Positions 10,255-19,748 of a DNA stretch of 64,000 nt are shown one piece after another. Where the stretch lies: contig CALSZZ010000004.1 of assembly GCA_943841885.1 (NCBI GenBank), forward strand, positions 133,894 to 197,893. Reading direction: 5' to 3'. Every line of letters starts with the position of its first letter. The stretch's first letter is position 1. The DNA is from Candidatus Thalassarchaeaceae archaeon (GTDB lineage Archaea; Thermoplasmatota; Poseidoniia; Poseidoniales; Thalassarchaeaceae). The translations under genes were made by a program, and so were the position numbers. A model generated the notes under the pieces. It ran no database searches and had not been told where the DNA came from. It saw only the letters and a list, made by a program, of their open reading frames with translations.

Positions 10255-10313
10255 GTATTCAGAGTGGTATGTTGGCCTTGAACTCTGCTGTAAAAATTTA
10301 ATCTATCCAATGT

Positions 10314-11120
10314 TTATGAATTCATTTCAATGATAAATTCCGTCAAAACTCTTTGTAACTCATCTGCATCATTATATTCTTCAGTAAGATTGCCGGTTAT
10401 AATCCAATCAGCTCCAGCGTCTGCAGCTTTTTTAGCTGCTTGACCATCTATTATTCCGCCCCCTACAATAATTGTTAAGTCGCATGCATCCCTTGCGGCT
10501 TTAATTAATTCTGAATCAACAGGTTCTTTTGCTCCACTTCCAGCTTCAAGATATAATAGTTTAAAACCATAATATTCTGCAGTTAGTGCATACGCTTCAA
10601 CTCTTTTTTTATCCCCTTTTAATATAAGGTCAGCCTTACCTACTTCTCCAACTTTACCGCCTGGAGCGCAGACCAAATAACCCATGGGTAATGGTTCAAT
10701 ATTACTTTTTTTAATTAGAGGAGCTCCAATAACTTGTTCTTCTATTAAGTATCTAGGACTAGTGCTATTCATGAGCATCATAAAAGTAACTGCATCGGCA
10801 GTAGAAGATAGTGCCGTTGCGCCTTGTGGAAATAATATAATAGGAATGGGGTTATTATTTATTCTCATAGAGTCTTGTGATTTTGCCCAAGTAACTAATT
10901 CCAACATTTCTTTAATGGCAATTACAGTATCATCAACATTTTTAGTATCTGTGTTAGAAGATCCCCCTATCAATATCATGCTACTTCCTGCATTAACCGC
11001 AGCAAGACACCGTTTTGCAGCAACATCTGGGGTTTGATCTGCTGGGTCAATAAGTATTGCATGCTTTGTTTGCTCTTCTTTTTTAATTATCTGAGATAAT
11101 ATTTTCAGCTTTTCAGACAT
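10314..11120 (-). CDS. Geranylgeranylglyceryl phosphate synthase (group II)
   Basis: Motifs LIDP, IGGS, LYLEAGSGA, VGGGI and ITGN. Archaeal ether-lipid enzyme. Confidence 0.92.
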   Translation of the reverse strand: MSEKLKILSQIIKKEEQTKHAILIDPADQTPDVAAKRCLAAVNAGSSMILIGGSSNTDTKNVDDTVIAIKEMLELVTWAKSQDSMRINNNPIPIILFPQGATALSSTADAVTFMMLMNSTSPRYLIEEQVIGAPLIKKSNIEPLPMGYLVCAPGGKVGEVGKADLILKGDKKRVEAYALTAEYYGFKLLYLEAGSGAKEPVDSELIKAARDACDLTIIVGGGIIDGQAAKKAADAGADWIITGNLTEEYNDADELQRVLTEFIIEMNS

Positions 11121-11141
11121 AATTAATTTCCTTCCCCACTT

Positions 11142-11771
11142 TCAAATTGCATAGGAATTGAGAAATTCGTCTCCTCTCAACACACCCATGTTTATCTCAG
11201 AATCTATCGAATTTTTAGGATTTGTTCCTTGCCACTGCATTTGTTGTATCCAATTGATGTTTGTTGGTAATTTATTTTCCGACCAAATTTCTATTATTGA
11301 ATCTGAGCGCTTTCCAACTATTATATTATCAATTTTTGGGATTCCTAATGTTGTTCCGCCATACCATATTTTTCCAGTTTTTGTTGCTTCCTGCTTTAAA
11401 ATATGATCAAAAAGCAGATGTCCTGAACCCTTAAATCCTGCTCCAACATATTCAATTGTTCTAGAATTAATTTTTGTAATTCTAGTCCTTAAATGGAAAA
11501 AGCAATTCCTATCTGCTAAAGAAATTGATACTGCCTTTTTTAACCAAGATTTTCGTACCGCCGTTGATTCTGTATTTGGTTCCTGAGAAAAAATAGAAGA
11601 TATCCAATTTGACTTGAGAAGAGGCCAACTATCTATCAAACCTGGTTCTTCACCGTACATTCCTGATTCGGCAGATTCTGTAAAAAAATGAATTTCACAT
11701 TCTAAATCGTCTAAAATTCTGTGCGCCATACACAAAGAGACTAGATCTGTATTCAAAAATGCAATTCTCAT
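11142..11771 (-). CDS. Hypothetical protein resembling a degenerate FAD-dependent oxidoreductase
   Basis: The N-terminal beta-alpha-beta (MRIAFLNTDLVSLCMAHRIL) resembles a Rossmann start without the glycines. Lies between the ferredoxin and GGGPS genes. Confidence 0.6.
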   Translation of the reverse strand: MRIAFLNTDLVSLCMAHRILDDLECEIHFFTESAESGMYGEEPGLIDSWPLLKSNWISSIFSQEPNTESTAVRKSWLKKAVSISLADRNCFFHLRTRITKINSRTIEYVGAGFKGSGHLLFDHILKQEATKTGKIWYGGTTLGIPKIDNIIVGKRSDSIIEIWSENKLPTNINWIQQMQWQGTNPKNSIDSEINMGVLRGDEFLNSYAI

Positions 11772-11772
11772 A

Positions 11773-11979
11773 TTAATTATCCTCAGTTGGTTCGATTGAT
11801 AGAGCATGTACTGGGCAGGCAGGTATACATAGATTGCAGTGCGTACAGACTGGTTCTTCTACAAATACTAAAATATCAACTAGAGTTAAAGCACTAACAG
11901 GACAAAGTGCGACGCAAGCTGCGCAGCCAAAACAGCGGTCTTCATCTACCACAAAGGAATGCGCGGCGAGTCTAGGCAC
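11773..11979 (-). CDS. 2x[4Fe-4S] ferredoxin
   Basis: CFGCAACVALCP and CTHCNLCIPACP. Confidence 0.92.
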   Translation of the reverse strand: MPRLAAHSFVVDEDRCFGCAACVALCPVSALTLVDILVFVEEPVCTHCNLCIPACPVHALSIEPTEDN

Positions 11980-12247
11980 GTTCCTCCGAGAAGGTCTTGT
12001 CTCTCAAACTTCCCCATCCCCTTGATTTCCACTAGAAATGATGTATGGCGATGTAATAATGTAAATATAACAAATAAAATTGATTAATGCTAATATTCAT
12101 TTGTTCTATGTCACAGGTGACTTATAGATATTCTCAAGAAAATATAGTAACGTTTTGAATAAATCAAAAACTATTTTCATTCCATTGGAAATAAACGGGT
12201 CCCTCTAGCCGCTTTATTCAAGGACGGTCTGCTTCGTCATCCGTAGT

Positions 12248-15200
12248 ATGGGAGAGGGAGACGGAAGTCGTAGTTCTGAAAATTTTATTGAAATAACTAC
12301 AAAAGAATCTTCACAACTTCCCGATTCTAGAGGGAATTCAATAAAGAGTATGTTATTCATGGATCATCAAATTAAAGTAGATAAAGTAAGAGTATCTATA
12401 AAATATGATATCAAAGGCGATTTCAATAAATCTGATGTTCAGAGGTCAGTGTATGATTTATTTGCAGATCCTATAATTGAATATGGATTAGCAAATGACT
12501 TATTACTAAACTCAGATAAAATTTTTCCTGTAAAGCCCCAATTAGTAGTTCAAGTAGGTTTTAAGCCTGGTGTTACGGATAATTCTGGCCAGGCAGCATC
12601 AGATGGGTTAATTACTTTGTTTCCTTCAATTAAAGATGTGAAGATTTCATGCTCAAAAATATATATGTTTTGGGGCATTCCATCAGATATTAATGAAAAT
12701 GATATAGTCAAAAAAATTTACAATCCTATGATTGAGAGGGTTGATATATCTGACAAAAAAGCATGTCTTAATTCTGATTGGCCTAAATTAGATTATCCTG
12801 AGTTAACAACATTAACAGAACAACCTTTACAGACCATAGATCTTGAAGTAAGTGATAATGATTTGATAAAAATTAGTGAAAAAGGACTTTTGGCATTAAA
12901 TTTAGATGAAATGAAGGCTATTCAAGCAAATTATAGGGACCCAAACATTCGTTTAGAAAGAAAGAAACTAGGACTACCAGACAAAGCTCCAACTGATGCT
13001 GAATTAGAATGTTTAGCTCAAACATGGTCCGAACATTGCTGTCATAAAATATTTGCATCCAGAATCCATCATGTGGATACAGAAACAGGAGAAGATACCT
13101 ACATCGATTCTTTGTTTAAGACACATATAATGAAACCGACATTGGATATTCAATCTAATGTAGATTGGCTATTGAGTATATTTCATGATAACTCCGGAGT
13201 TATTGCTTGGAATGATGATTGGAGCCTTTGCATTAAAGCAGAGACGCATAATTCTCCTAGTGCACTAGATCCTTTTGGTGGCGCCATGACAGGTATAGTA
13301 GGAGTTAACCGGGATATCTTGGGAACCGGATTGGGTGCAAGACCAATAGCAAACACAGATGTATTTTGTTTCGGTCCACCTGATTATTCAGGAAATATCC
13401 CTGAAGGATTATTTCACCCCTCTAGAGTGTTTAGAGGAGTTCATGCAGGAGTCAGAGCAGGAGGTAATGAATCAGGTATTCCTACAGTAAATGGCGCAAT
13501 AGTTTTTGACGACAGATATCTCGGGAAACCCCTAGTCTATTGTGGCACGGTAGGTATAATGCCAAGAGTATTAAAAGATGGTAGAGAAAGCCATGTTAAA
13601 ACACCAAAACCTGGTAATATCATTTACATGGTTGGTGGAAAAGTTGGTAGTGATGGAATACACGGTGCGACCTTTTCCAGTCTTGAACTAACAGAAGCAA
13701 GCCCATCTTCAGCGGTACAAATAGGAGACCCAATCACACAAAAGAAAATGATCGATATGGTACTTGAAGCCAGAGATTTAGGACTAATCCAGGTCATTAC
13801 CGATAATGGTGCAGGAGGACTATCCAGCAGTGTAGGGGAACTGGCCGAGTTAACAGGTGGAGCAGAACTAGATCTTGCCGCAGTACCTTTGAAGCAACCA
13901 GGATTAAGTAAGTGGGAAATTCTAGTCTCAGAATCTCAGGAAAGAATGACTGTAGGCGTTAATCCCGAAGATTGTCAGGATTTTGAGAAACTAGCAAACT
14001 TACACGAGGTGGAAGCAACAGCAGTCGGGACCTTTACTGATTCAGGTGCTTTTGTAGTCCGGTATGGTGATGAAATCGTGGCCCATCTGCCTATTTCGTT
14101 CCTTCATGATGGCTGCCCGCAATTACAACTGGAGTCAGAGTGGAAGCCACCTGAGCACAACCCTATCATATTCCCTCCACCCAATCATAAACTGATGGGA
14201 GAAATCCTTCTGCGTCTCATGGCCAGACCAAATGTAGCAAGTAAAGAATGGTGGGTCCGTTCTTATGATCACGAAGTCATAGCACAAACTGTAATTAAGC
14301 CATTTTGCGGAACAAATCAGGATGCCCCAAGTGATGCAGCAGTAATCGCTCCAATACAAGGAAAAACACAAGGAACCGTAATTTCTAATGGAATAGTTCC
14401 AAGGTATTCTGATATAGATGCTTATGCTATGGCTGCAGCAAGTATAGACGAAGCACTACGAAATGCAGTATGCGTTGGTGTAGATTTAGATTTAATTGCT
14501 GGGCTTGATAACTTTTGTTGGCCAGATCCTGTAGAATCTTCAAAAACACCAGACGGTCGTTATAAATTAGCACAATTAGTAAGAGCCAATAGGGCATTAG
14601 ATGAAGTATGTAGAGCATATAATTTGCCTTGTATAAGTGGCAAAGATTCTATGAAAAACGATGCTACATTAGGGGGGGAGAAAATCAGCGTCCCTCCGAC
14701 ACTTTTATTCAGTTTAATAGGCAATCATTCAGATGTCAGAAAAGCGGTATCTAGTGACTTCAAAGATGCTGGTGACTTGATATATCTCGTTGGCGAAACA
14801 TATCAAGAATTAGGCGCTAGTGAATTAGCTTTCATGTTTCGTGACGAAACCAATGGAAAAAGTGGAATTGGAGGACAAGTTCCGAAAATTAATACCACAA
14901 GAAATTTGTCTCTTTACCGTAGTTTAACTGATGCCATGTCAAAAGAATTAGTTTCAAGCGCCCACGATTGTAGTGATGCAGGACTTGCAGCCGCAGTAGC
15001 AGAATGTTGTTTTGGTTGCGATTCAGGAGTTGATTTAGATATTTCAGATATGTTTAATGCCGATATTAATTTAGATAATTGGGGCGCTCTATTTGGTGAA
15101 AGCCTTGGTAGGATTTTAGTTAGTGTAAAGCCCGATAGTTCTGAAACTTTTGAAAAATCCATGCAAGGCAATGAATGCAATTACTTAGGAAAAGTGATAG

Positions 15201-15307
15201 CTGGTGATAAGATATCAATTACAAACTCAAACGTTCAGATATTGACGGCTTCAATGTCCGAATTGAAAAATTCTTGGAAAAGTACTTTGAATGGGGGCAG
15301 AAATTGA
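12248..15307 (+). CDS. purL: Phosphoribosylformylglycinamidine synthase PurL with N-terminal PurS-like extension
   Basis: Motifs QTWSEHC, KAETHNSPS, DNGAGG, SESQERM and ISGKDS. N-terminal KPGVTDN is PurS-like. Confidence 0.95.
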   Translation: MGEGDGSRSSENFIEITTKESSQLPDSRGNSIKSMLFMDHQIKVDKVRVSIKYDIKGDFNKSDVQRSVYDLFADPIIEYGLANDLLLNSDKIFPVKPQLVVQVGFKPGVTDNSGQAASDGLITLFPSIKDVKISCSKIYMFWGIPSDINENDIVKKIYNPMIERVDISDKKACLNSDWPKLDYPELTTLTEQPLQTIDLEVSDNDLIKISEKGLLALNLDEMKAIQANYRDPNIRLERKKLGLPDKAPTDAELECLAQTWSEHCCHKIFASRIHHVDTETGEDTYIDSLFKTHIMKPTLDIQSNVDWLLSIFHDNSGVIAWNDDWSLCIKAETHNSPSALDPFGGAMTGIVGVNRDILGTGLGARPIANTDVFCFGPPDYSGNIPEGLFHPSRVFRGVHAGVRAGGNESGIPTVNGAIVFDDRYLGKPLVYCGTVGIMPRVLKDGRESHVKTPKPGNIIYMVGGKVGSDGIHGATFSSLELTEASPSSAVQIGDPITQKKMIDMVLEARDLGLIQVITDNGAGGLSSSVGELAELTGGAELDLAAVPLKQPGLSKWEILVSESQERMTVGVNPEDCQDFEKLANLHEVEATAVGTFTDSGAFVVRYGDEIVAHLPISFLHDGCPQLQLESEWKPPEHNPIIFPPPNHKLMGEILLRLMARPNVASKEWWVRSYDHEVIAQTVIKPFCGTNQDAPSDAAVIAPIQGKTQGTVISNGIVPRYSDIDAYAMAAASIDEALRNAVCVGVDLDLIAGLDNFCWPDPVESSKTPDGRYKLAQLVRANRALDEVCRAYNLPCISGKDSMKNDATLGGEKISVPPTLLFSLIGNHSDVRKAVSSDFKDAGDLIYLVGETYQELGASELAFMFRDETNGKSGIGGQVPKINTTRNLSLYRSLTDAMSKELVSSAHDCSDAGLAAAVAECCFGCDSGVDLDISDMFNADINLDNWGALFGESLGRILVSVKPDSSETFEKSMQGNECNYLGKVIAGDKISITNSNVQILTASMSELKNSWKSTLNGGRN

Positions 15308-16119
15308 TGATACCCAAAGTAGCAGTTCTTTCAGGTTTTGGTATAAATTGTGAATCTGAAACAATGGCTGTTTTTGAAATGGCTGGGGCCGAAGCCAGTA
15401 AAATTCACGTAAATAGACTAGTTAACGGAGAATTAAACTTGGACGATTATCACATCATGGCGATACCAGGAGGCTTCTCATTTGGCGACCATTTAGGAAG
15501 TGGTAGATTAATGGGTAATAGGTTGAGATTTGGATTACGTGAACAAGTGAGAAATTTTGTGAAGTCAGGTAAACCAGTAATTGGGATATGTAATGGTTTC
15601 CAAGTACTAGTGAAGATGGGGCTATTGCCGGGTGATGAAGATGTTAGTTTAACTCAAACAGCATCTCTGGCATTGAATGACTCAGGCCATTATGAAAATC
15701 GTTGGGTAACACTAGAGTTTGACTCTCAAAGTAATTGCATTTGGACTAGAGGAATGACAAGAATCAGAGTACCCGTACGTCATGGAGAAGGTAAGTTTGT
15801 TACTGCTGATAAACAACTCCTCGATGATTGGAGTAAATTAGGACAATTAGTTGTAAAGTATGTAGATCCTAAAACCGAGTATCCAAGTGCGAGAGATGAA
15901 GTATTGCCATATCCAGTTTCTCCAAATCAAAGTTGGAGAAATATTGCTGGAGTTTGTGATCCATCTGGATTAGTATTCGGTTTAATGCCTCATCCCGAAG
16001 CAAATCATTCAACATGGTTGGGAGCAACTTGGACTAGAGAAGATATAGAGCACGGTGAAGGAGAGGGTATGAAGATTTTTAGAAATGCTGTAAATTATGT
16101 AAAAAACCTCGACAATTAA
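15307..16119 (+). CDS. purQ: FGAM synthase glutaminase subunit PurQ
   Basis: Motifs GINCE, PGGFSFGD, GICNGFQ and MPHPE. Its ATG overlaps the purL TGA. Confidence 0.95.
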   Translation: MIPKVAVLSGFGINCESETMAVFEMAGAEASKIHVNRLVNGELNLDDYHIMAIPGGFSFGDHLGSGRLMGNRLRFGLREQVRNFVKSGKPVIGICNGFQVLVKMGLLPGDEDVSLTQTASLALNDSGHYENRWVTLEFDSQSNCIWTRGMTRIRVPVRHGEGKFVTADKQLLDDWSKLGQLVVKYVDPKTEYPSARDEVLPYPVSPNQSWRNIAGVCDPSGLVFGLMPHPEANHSTWLGATWTREDIEHGEGEGMKIFRNAVNYVKNLDN

Positions 16120-16153
16120 AATGAAAATCTTCTTGCAATAGATATCTTTCGGC

Positions 16154-16774
16154 ATGGTAATGACAACCCGTGATGCTACAGATGTATTTTCAGAATGGGC
16201 TTTAAGAAATAGGGATGAGGGGATGGAAAGTGGCCATGCAAATTCAGTCAATGAAATGTTAAACATAGTAATTTCAATGCTTCCAACTCCATTTTCAGCG
16301 ATAGATGTAGGTTGCGGTAATGGTTGGGTATGTCGTAAGTTACAATCAAACGATAATTGTAGTAAAGTAGTTGGTATTGACGGGTCTATTGAAATGATTG
16401 TTAAGGCTAAAGATAAGGGTAGAGGGGAATTCTATCTAGCAAAACTTCCCGGATGGGCACCTTCACAAAGGTTTGATTTAATTCATTCAATGGAATTTCT
16501 TTATTATTTGAATGATCCAATAGAAATGTTACAAGAGTTCTTCAACGAATGGCTAAACAACAAAGGAATTCTAGTTGCAGGAGTAGATCATTATTTAGAA
16601 AATACTGCGAGCCATGACTGGCCAGAATCTCTCAATGTACACATGACGACGCTCAGTGAAGAACAATGGAAGAAAGGTATGATTGATGCTGGATTCATTG
16701 ACGTTGAAACACAACGAGTGGGTATCAAGTCAGGATTTGTGGGTACATTAGCAATCTTCGGCCGGAAGCCTTGA
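16154..16774 (+). CDS. Class I SAM-dependent methyltransferase
   Basis: Motif I IDVGCGNGW. Confidence 0.85.
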   Translation: MVMTTRDATDVFSEWALRNRDEGMESGHANSVNEMLNIVISMLPTPFSAIDVGCGNGWVCRKLQSNDNCSKVVGIDGSIEMIVKAKDKGRGEFYLAKLPGWAPSQRFDLIHSMEFLYYLNDPIEMLQEFFNEWLNNKGILVAGVDHYLENTASHDWPESLNVHMTTLSEEQWKKGMIDAGFIDVETQRVGIKSGFVGTLAIFGRKP

Positions 16775-16784
16775 AATTGCTTTC

Positions 16785-17174
16785 CTATTCTTCTGAATTC
16801 CAAGCCAGCATGCCAGTTAGGGCAGTCATACCCCAGAAAAATAGTGGTGGAACTAATGCAGCAGACAACTCCCATGGAACAGGATCGGTTGCATATGTAA
16901 CATCTAACTCCAATCCAGCACATATGAGAAACCAAACAACGATTGGTCCAGCAATTACAGCTGCTAATCTAGCTTGAGCCTGACCTTCGGTCATAAATGC
17001 AGCATAAAGCATGTAGACAGAAATAATTAACATTATTCCAGTTACCATCATCTCATTATCATTATCCGCATCTAGTGGCCCTAATACTCCAATAAATGTA
17101 TGAACAAATGCAGTAATTAGTAGCCACCATTTTGGATTTAGAATTTCCTCTTTAAACTCCATATCACTCACCAT
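16785..17174 (-). CDS. Small 4-TM membrane protein, paralog B
   Basis: Hydrophobic. N-terminus MEFKEEILNPK resembles the upstream paralog. Confidence 0.7.
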   Translation of the reverse strand: MVSDMEFKEEILNPKWWLLITAFVHTFIGVLGPLDADNDNEMMVTGIMLIISVYMLYAAFMTEGQAQARLAAVIAGPIVVWFLICAGLELDVTYATDPVPWELSAALVPPLFFWGMTALTGMLAWNSEE

Positions 17175-17607
17175 CCTTATGCATATATCCCGCTACTCCT
17201 AGTGTTAATGTTAGAAGAAATGTAATCAAAGCAGGTGCTAACATATCAATAGGCGGAGCATCTCCTCCATAGCCTGAATCGCCGGTTATAGCCCCCATTC
17301 CTGCGAAAATGATTACAATTACCAGAGGAGATAACATCGACATTTTTGCTAATTCTTTTCCCGAGACAAATATTCCAGTACCTATTGCCATTACTCCCAA
17401 AGGCATTAGATGAAGTGCCCACATTTCTTCATAAGATGCATCATGAGCTAGAACATTTTCTTCTCCACCCCAACCTACTGCCGCCCATTCATCTCCATTT
17501 GTCATTCCTAAAATTGACATGATTATTACCATCACACCAGTAGCAATCATCAAATTTTTAGGGTCTAGTATTTCTTTTATTTCCATATTTCTCATCTCCA
17601 TATCCAA
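17164..17607 (-). CDS. Small 4-TM membrane protein, paralog A
   Basis: Hydrophobic. N-terminus MEIKEILDPK; the stop overlaps the next start. Confidence 0.7.
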   Translation of the reverse strand: MDMEMRNMEIKEILDPKNLMIATGVMVIIMSILGMTNGDEWAAVGWGGEENVLAHDASYEEMWALHLMPLGVMAIGTGIFVSGKELAKMSMLSPLVIVIIFAGMGAITGDSGYGGDAPPIDMLAPALITFLLTLTLGVAGYMHKDGE

Positions 17608-17714
17608 GCATTGTTAAACTCTTAACATCATATTTACACAATAAGCATATAGAATTTTCTACATAATTCCATCTATTCAAGAAACTTGAATGGTTTGAAC
17701 GATTTCCCAAGGGT

Positions 17715-18611
17715 ATGTCTGACCCAAACATCATGGTTACTGAAGAGGCAACAGTGATAGAGACCCTATCCTTATTACATCCGAATGCAAAAAAGAATTC
17801 CCTTAGAAGAATGGTTGATTATGGTCGAGTAATAGTGGATGGAGAAAAAGTTACAAAATCAAATATGAAAATTAGTAAAGGGGCCGTTCTGACAGTACTT
17901 TCTAGAACAGATGGTAACCAAAAGCCTGGCTCGAAAAGTAGTTCATTACCAGAACCTGTAATACTTTATTCTGATAACTCTTTAATCGTAGCTGACAAAC
18001 CAGAAAACCTTCTCTCTGTAGCAACCGACAGGGGCGAGTTAGATACTATGTATGATAGAGTATCATACTGGGCTTCGAAAAATAAGAAAATACGTATATA
18101 TCTTGTACATCGTTTAGATAGAGAAACCTCCGGTTGCATGTTATTTGCAACGTCTCCTGAATACCGAGATATATTACAAAATCAGTTTAAAAATCGTTCT
18201 ATTGAAAGAATATATTACGCTGTAGTACATGGAAAACCACCAACAGAAGAAGGTGTAGAAAAATCAAGAATACAAGAAACGAAAGATAAGCGTGTGCGAT
18301 TAGTGATTGGTGACAAAAGAGCAGGGAAAGAGGCAATAACAAATTGGCATACAGAAGAAATAGGCCCGATCAATAGTTTACTTAGAATTAAAATAGATAC
18401 CGGACGACGAGCTCAAATTAGATTACATATGGCAAAAATTAACTGTCCAGTGTTAGGAGATACACGATATGGAAGAGGTAAAACAAGCGTCAATCGCCTT
18501 TGTCTACATGCTACAGAATTAACATTCAACCACCCTAATGGGAGAAAAATACATGTAAAGAGTCAGATACCTAAAAAAATGATTTCTGAATTAAAACGAA
18601 AATCCTTATGA
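17715..18611 (+). CDS. RluA/RluD family pseudouridine synthase with S4-like domain
   Basis: Motifs DKP, catalytic HRLDRETSG, TGRRAQIRLH, PVLGD and LCLHA. Confidence 0.92.
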   Translation: MSDPNIMVTEEATVIETLSLLHPNAKKNSLRRMVDYGRVIVDGEKVTKSNMKISKGAVLTVLSRTDGNQKPGSKSSSLPEPVILYSDNSLIVADKPENLLSVATDRGELDTMYDRVSYWASKNKKIRIYLVHRLDRETSGCMLFATSPEYRDILQNQFKNRSIERIYYAVVHGKPPTEEGVEKSRIQETKDKRVRLVIGDKRAGKEAITNWHTEEIGPINSLLRIKIDTGRRAQIRLHMAKINCPVLGDTRYGRGKTSVNRLCLHATELTFNHPNGRKIHVKSQIPKKMISELKRKSL

Positions 18612-18842
18612 ATCATCGTCTGAAATTAGAAATGCAGGTATTTTTTGCACTATTTTACTTCCTTCAGGCGCATCTATCAAATCTTCTATAATTATTGACC
18701 TATCCTGTAAAAGACTTTCATCTAAAGCAACCAATCTTAGAGACAATCTCCATCTTTTTATAATTTCATTGATAATAATAACAACCAAAAATGCAATCAC
18801 AAAAAAAGAACAAATCCAACCAACAGTATCTTGTTCAACCAT
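18606..18842 (-). CDS. Small single-TM hypothetical protein
   Basis: N-terminal TM segment; overlaps the pyrF stop. Confidence 0.55.
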   Translation of the reverse strand: MVEQDTVGWICSFFVIAFLVVIIINEIIKRWRLSLRLVALDESLLQDRSIIIEDLIDAPEGSKIVQKIPAFLISDDDS

Positions 18843-19641
18843 TGTCCTCCCTCTCAACTAGCGCTCTCCAACTTTCTTTTGCATACATTTTTGCGGAGGA
18901 CACAGGGTCATTTGAACCGTGTATTCCTGAACCAACAATAATTCCATCAGATCCAGACTTGATAGCATCATATGGGTGACCATATCTTTGTCCCAAAAGG
19001 CCTTCTGATGTTTCTAGATTGACTCCTGGTGTCCATATTAACTGACTTTCTCCGACATTTTGCCTAAGGAGTGATATCTCTTCTGGAGAACTTCCATTAC
19101 CAATATATCCAACAACATGGGGGGAACCTATACCTGTCTTGATAGTCTCAAGAGTATATTGTTCTGTAAGTAAATTTCCTCTACTCGACATTTGAGCAAG
19201 TAAAAATATACCTCCTATTCGTTGCACATCTCCCCATCCTGCAGCTATCCCATCTACAATATCCTTTCCTGAAATTCTGTGTGCAGTTACTAAATCTGCC
19301 CATGATCTAATATCGTAAATACCACCCATCTGTTTTTGTGAAATTTTTCCTATATCCGCGAATTTCCTATCCTCAAAAAGTAATAAATCATGTTTTTTTG
19401 CAGTTTCAACCACTCTCTCCCACTCTTTTCGTTCGAATTCATCAACTATATCCACATGAGTCTTTAGTGCTGATATATATGGGCCAACAGACTCAATCAG
19501 GTTGATTAGTGAATCAACTGTATTTAGGTCAGCAGCCAATATAACTAATGTTTGTTTTTTTGTTGATACCTCCATAAATCGATGCGACAAAGGATTTGCG
19601 CAATTCTTCCACCTCAGTCCCCAAATATCTCCGGCCTCCAT
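18835..19641 (-). CDS. pyrF: Orotidine-5'-phosphate decarboxylase (URA3/UMPS-like subtype)
   Basis: Motifs LKTHVD, FEDRKFADIG, TPGV, LGQRY and IIVG. Confidence 0.92.
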   Translation of the reverse strand: MEAGDIWGLRWKNCANPLSHRFMEVSTKKQTLVILAADLNTVDSLINLIESVGPYISALKTHVDIVDEFERKEWERVVETAKKHDLLLFEDRKFADIGKISQKQMGGIYDIRSWADLVTAHRISGKDIVDGIAAGWGDVQRIGGIFLLAQMSSRGNLLTEQYTLETIKTGIGSPHVVGYIGNGSSPEEISLLRQNVGESQLIWTPGVNLETSEGLLGQRYGHPYDAIKSGSDGIIVGSGIHGSNDPVSSAKMYAKESWRALVEREDNG

Positions 19642-19748
19642 TGTATTGACTAATCCATGATTATACATCAACCTTTCATCATTCTTCTCTTAAATAATGA
19701 ACATTACAAGCAATCTATTGATTAAGAAGATGTATTTTCGCTATATTA

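Noticed and set aside
11980..12247. Purine or ZTP riboswitch upstream of purL (also checked before purH and the NCS2 permease)
   Set aside because: No recognisable aptamer consensus, and TATA-like boxes about 30 nt from the starts leave little room for a leader.
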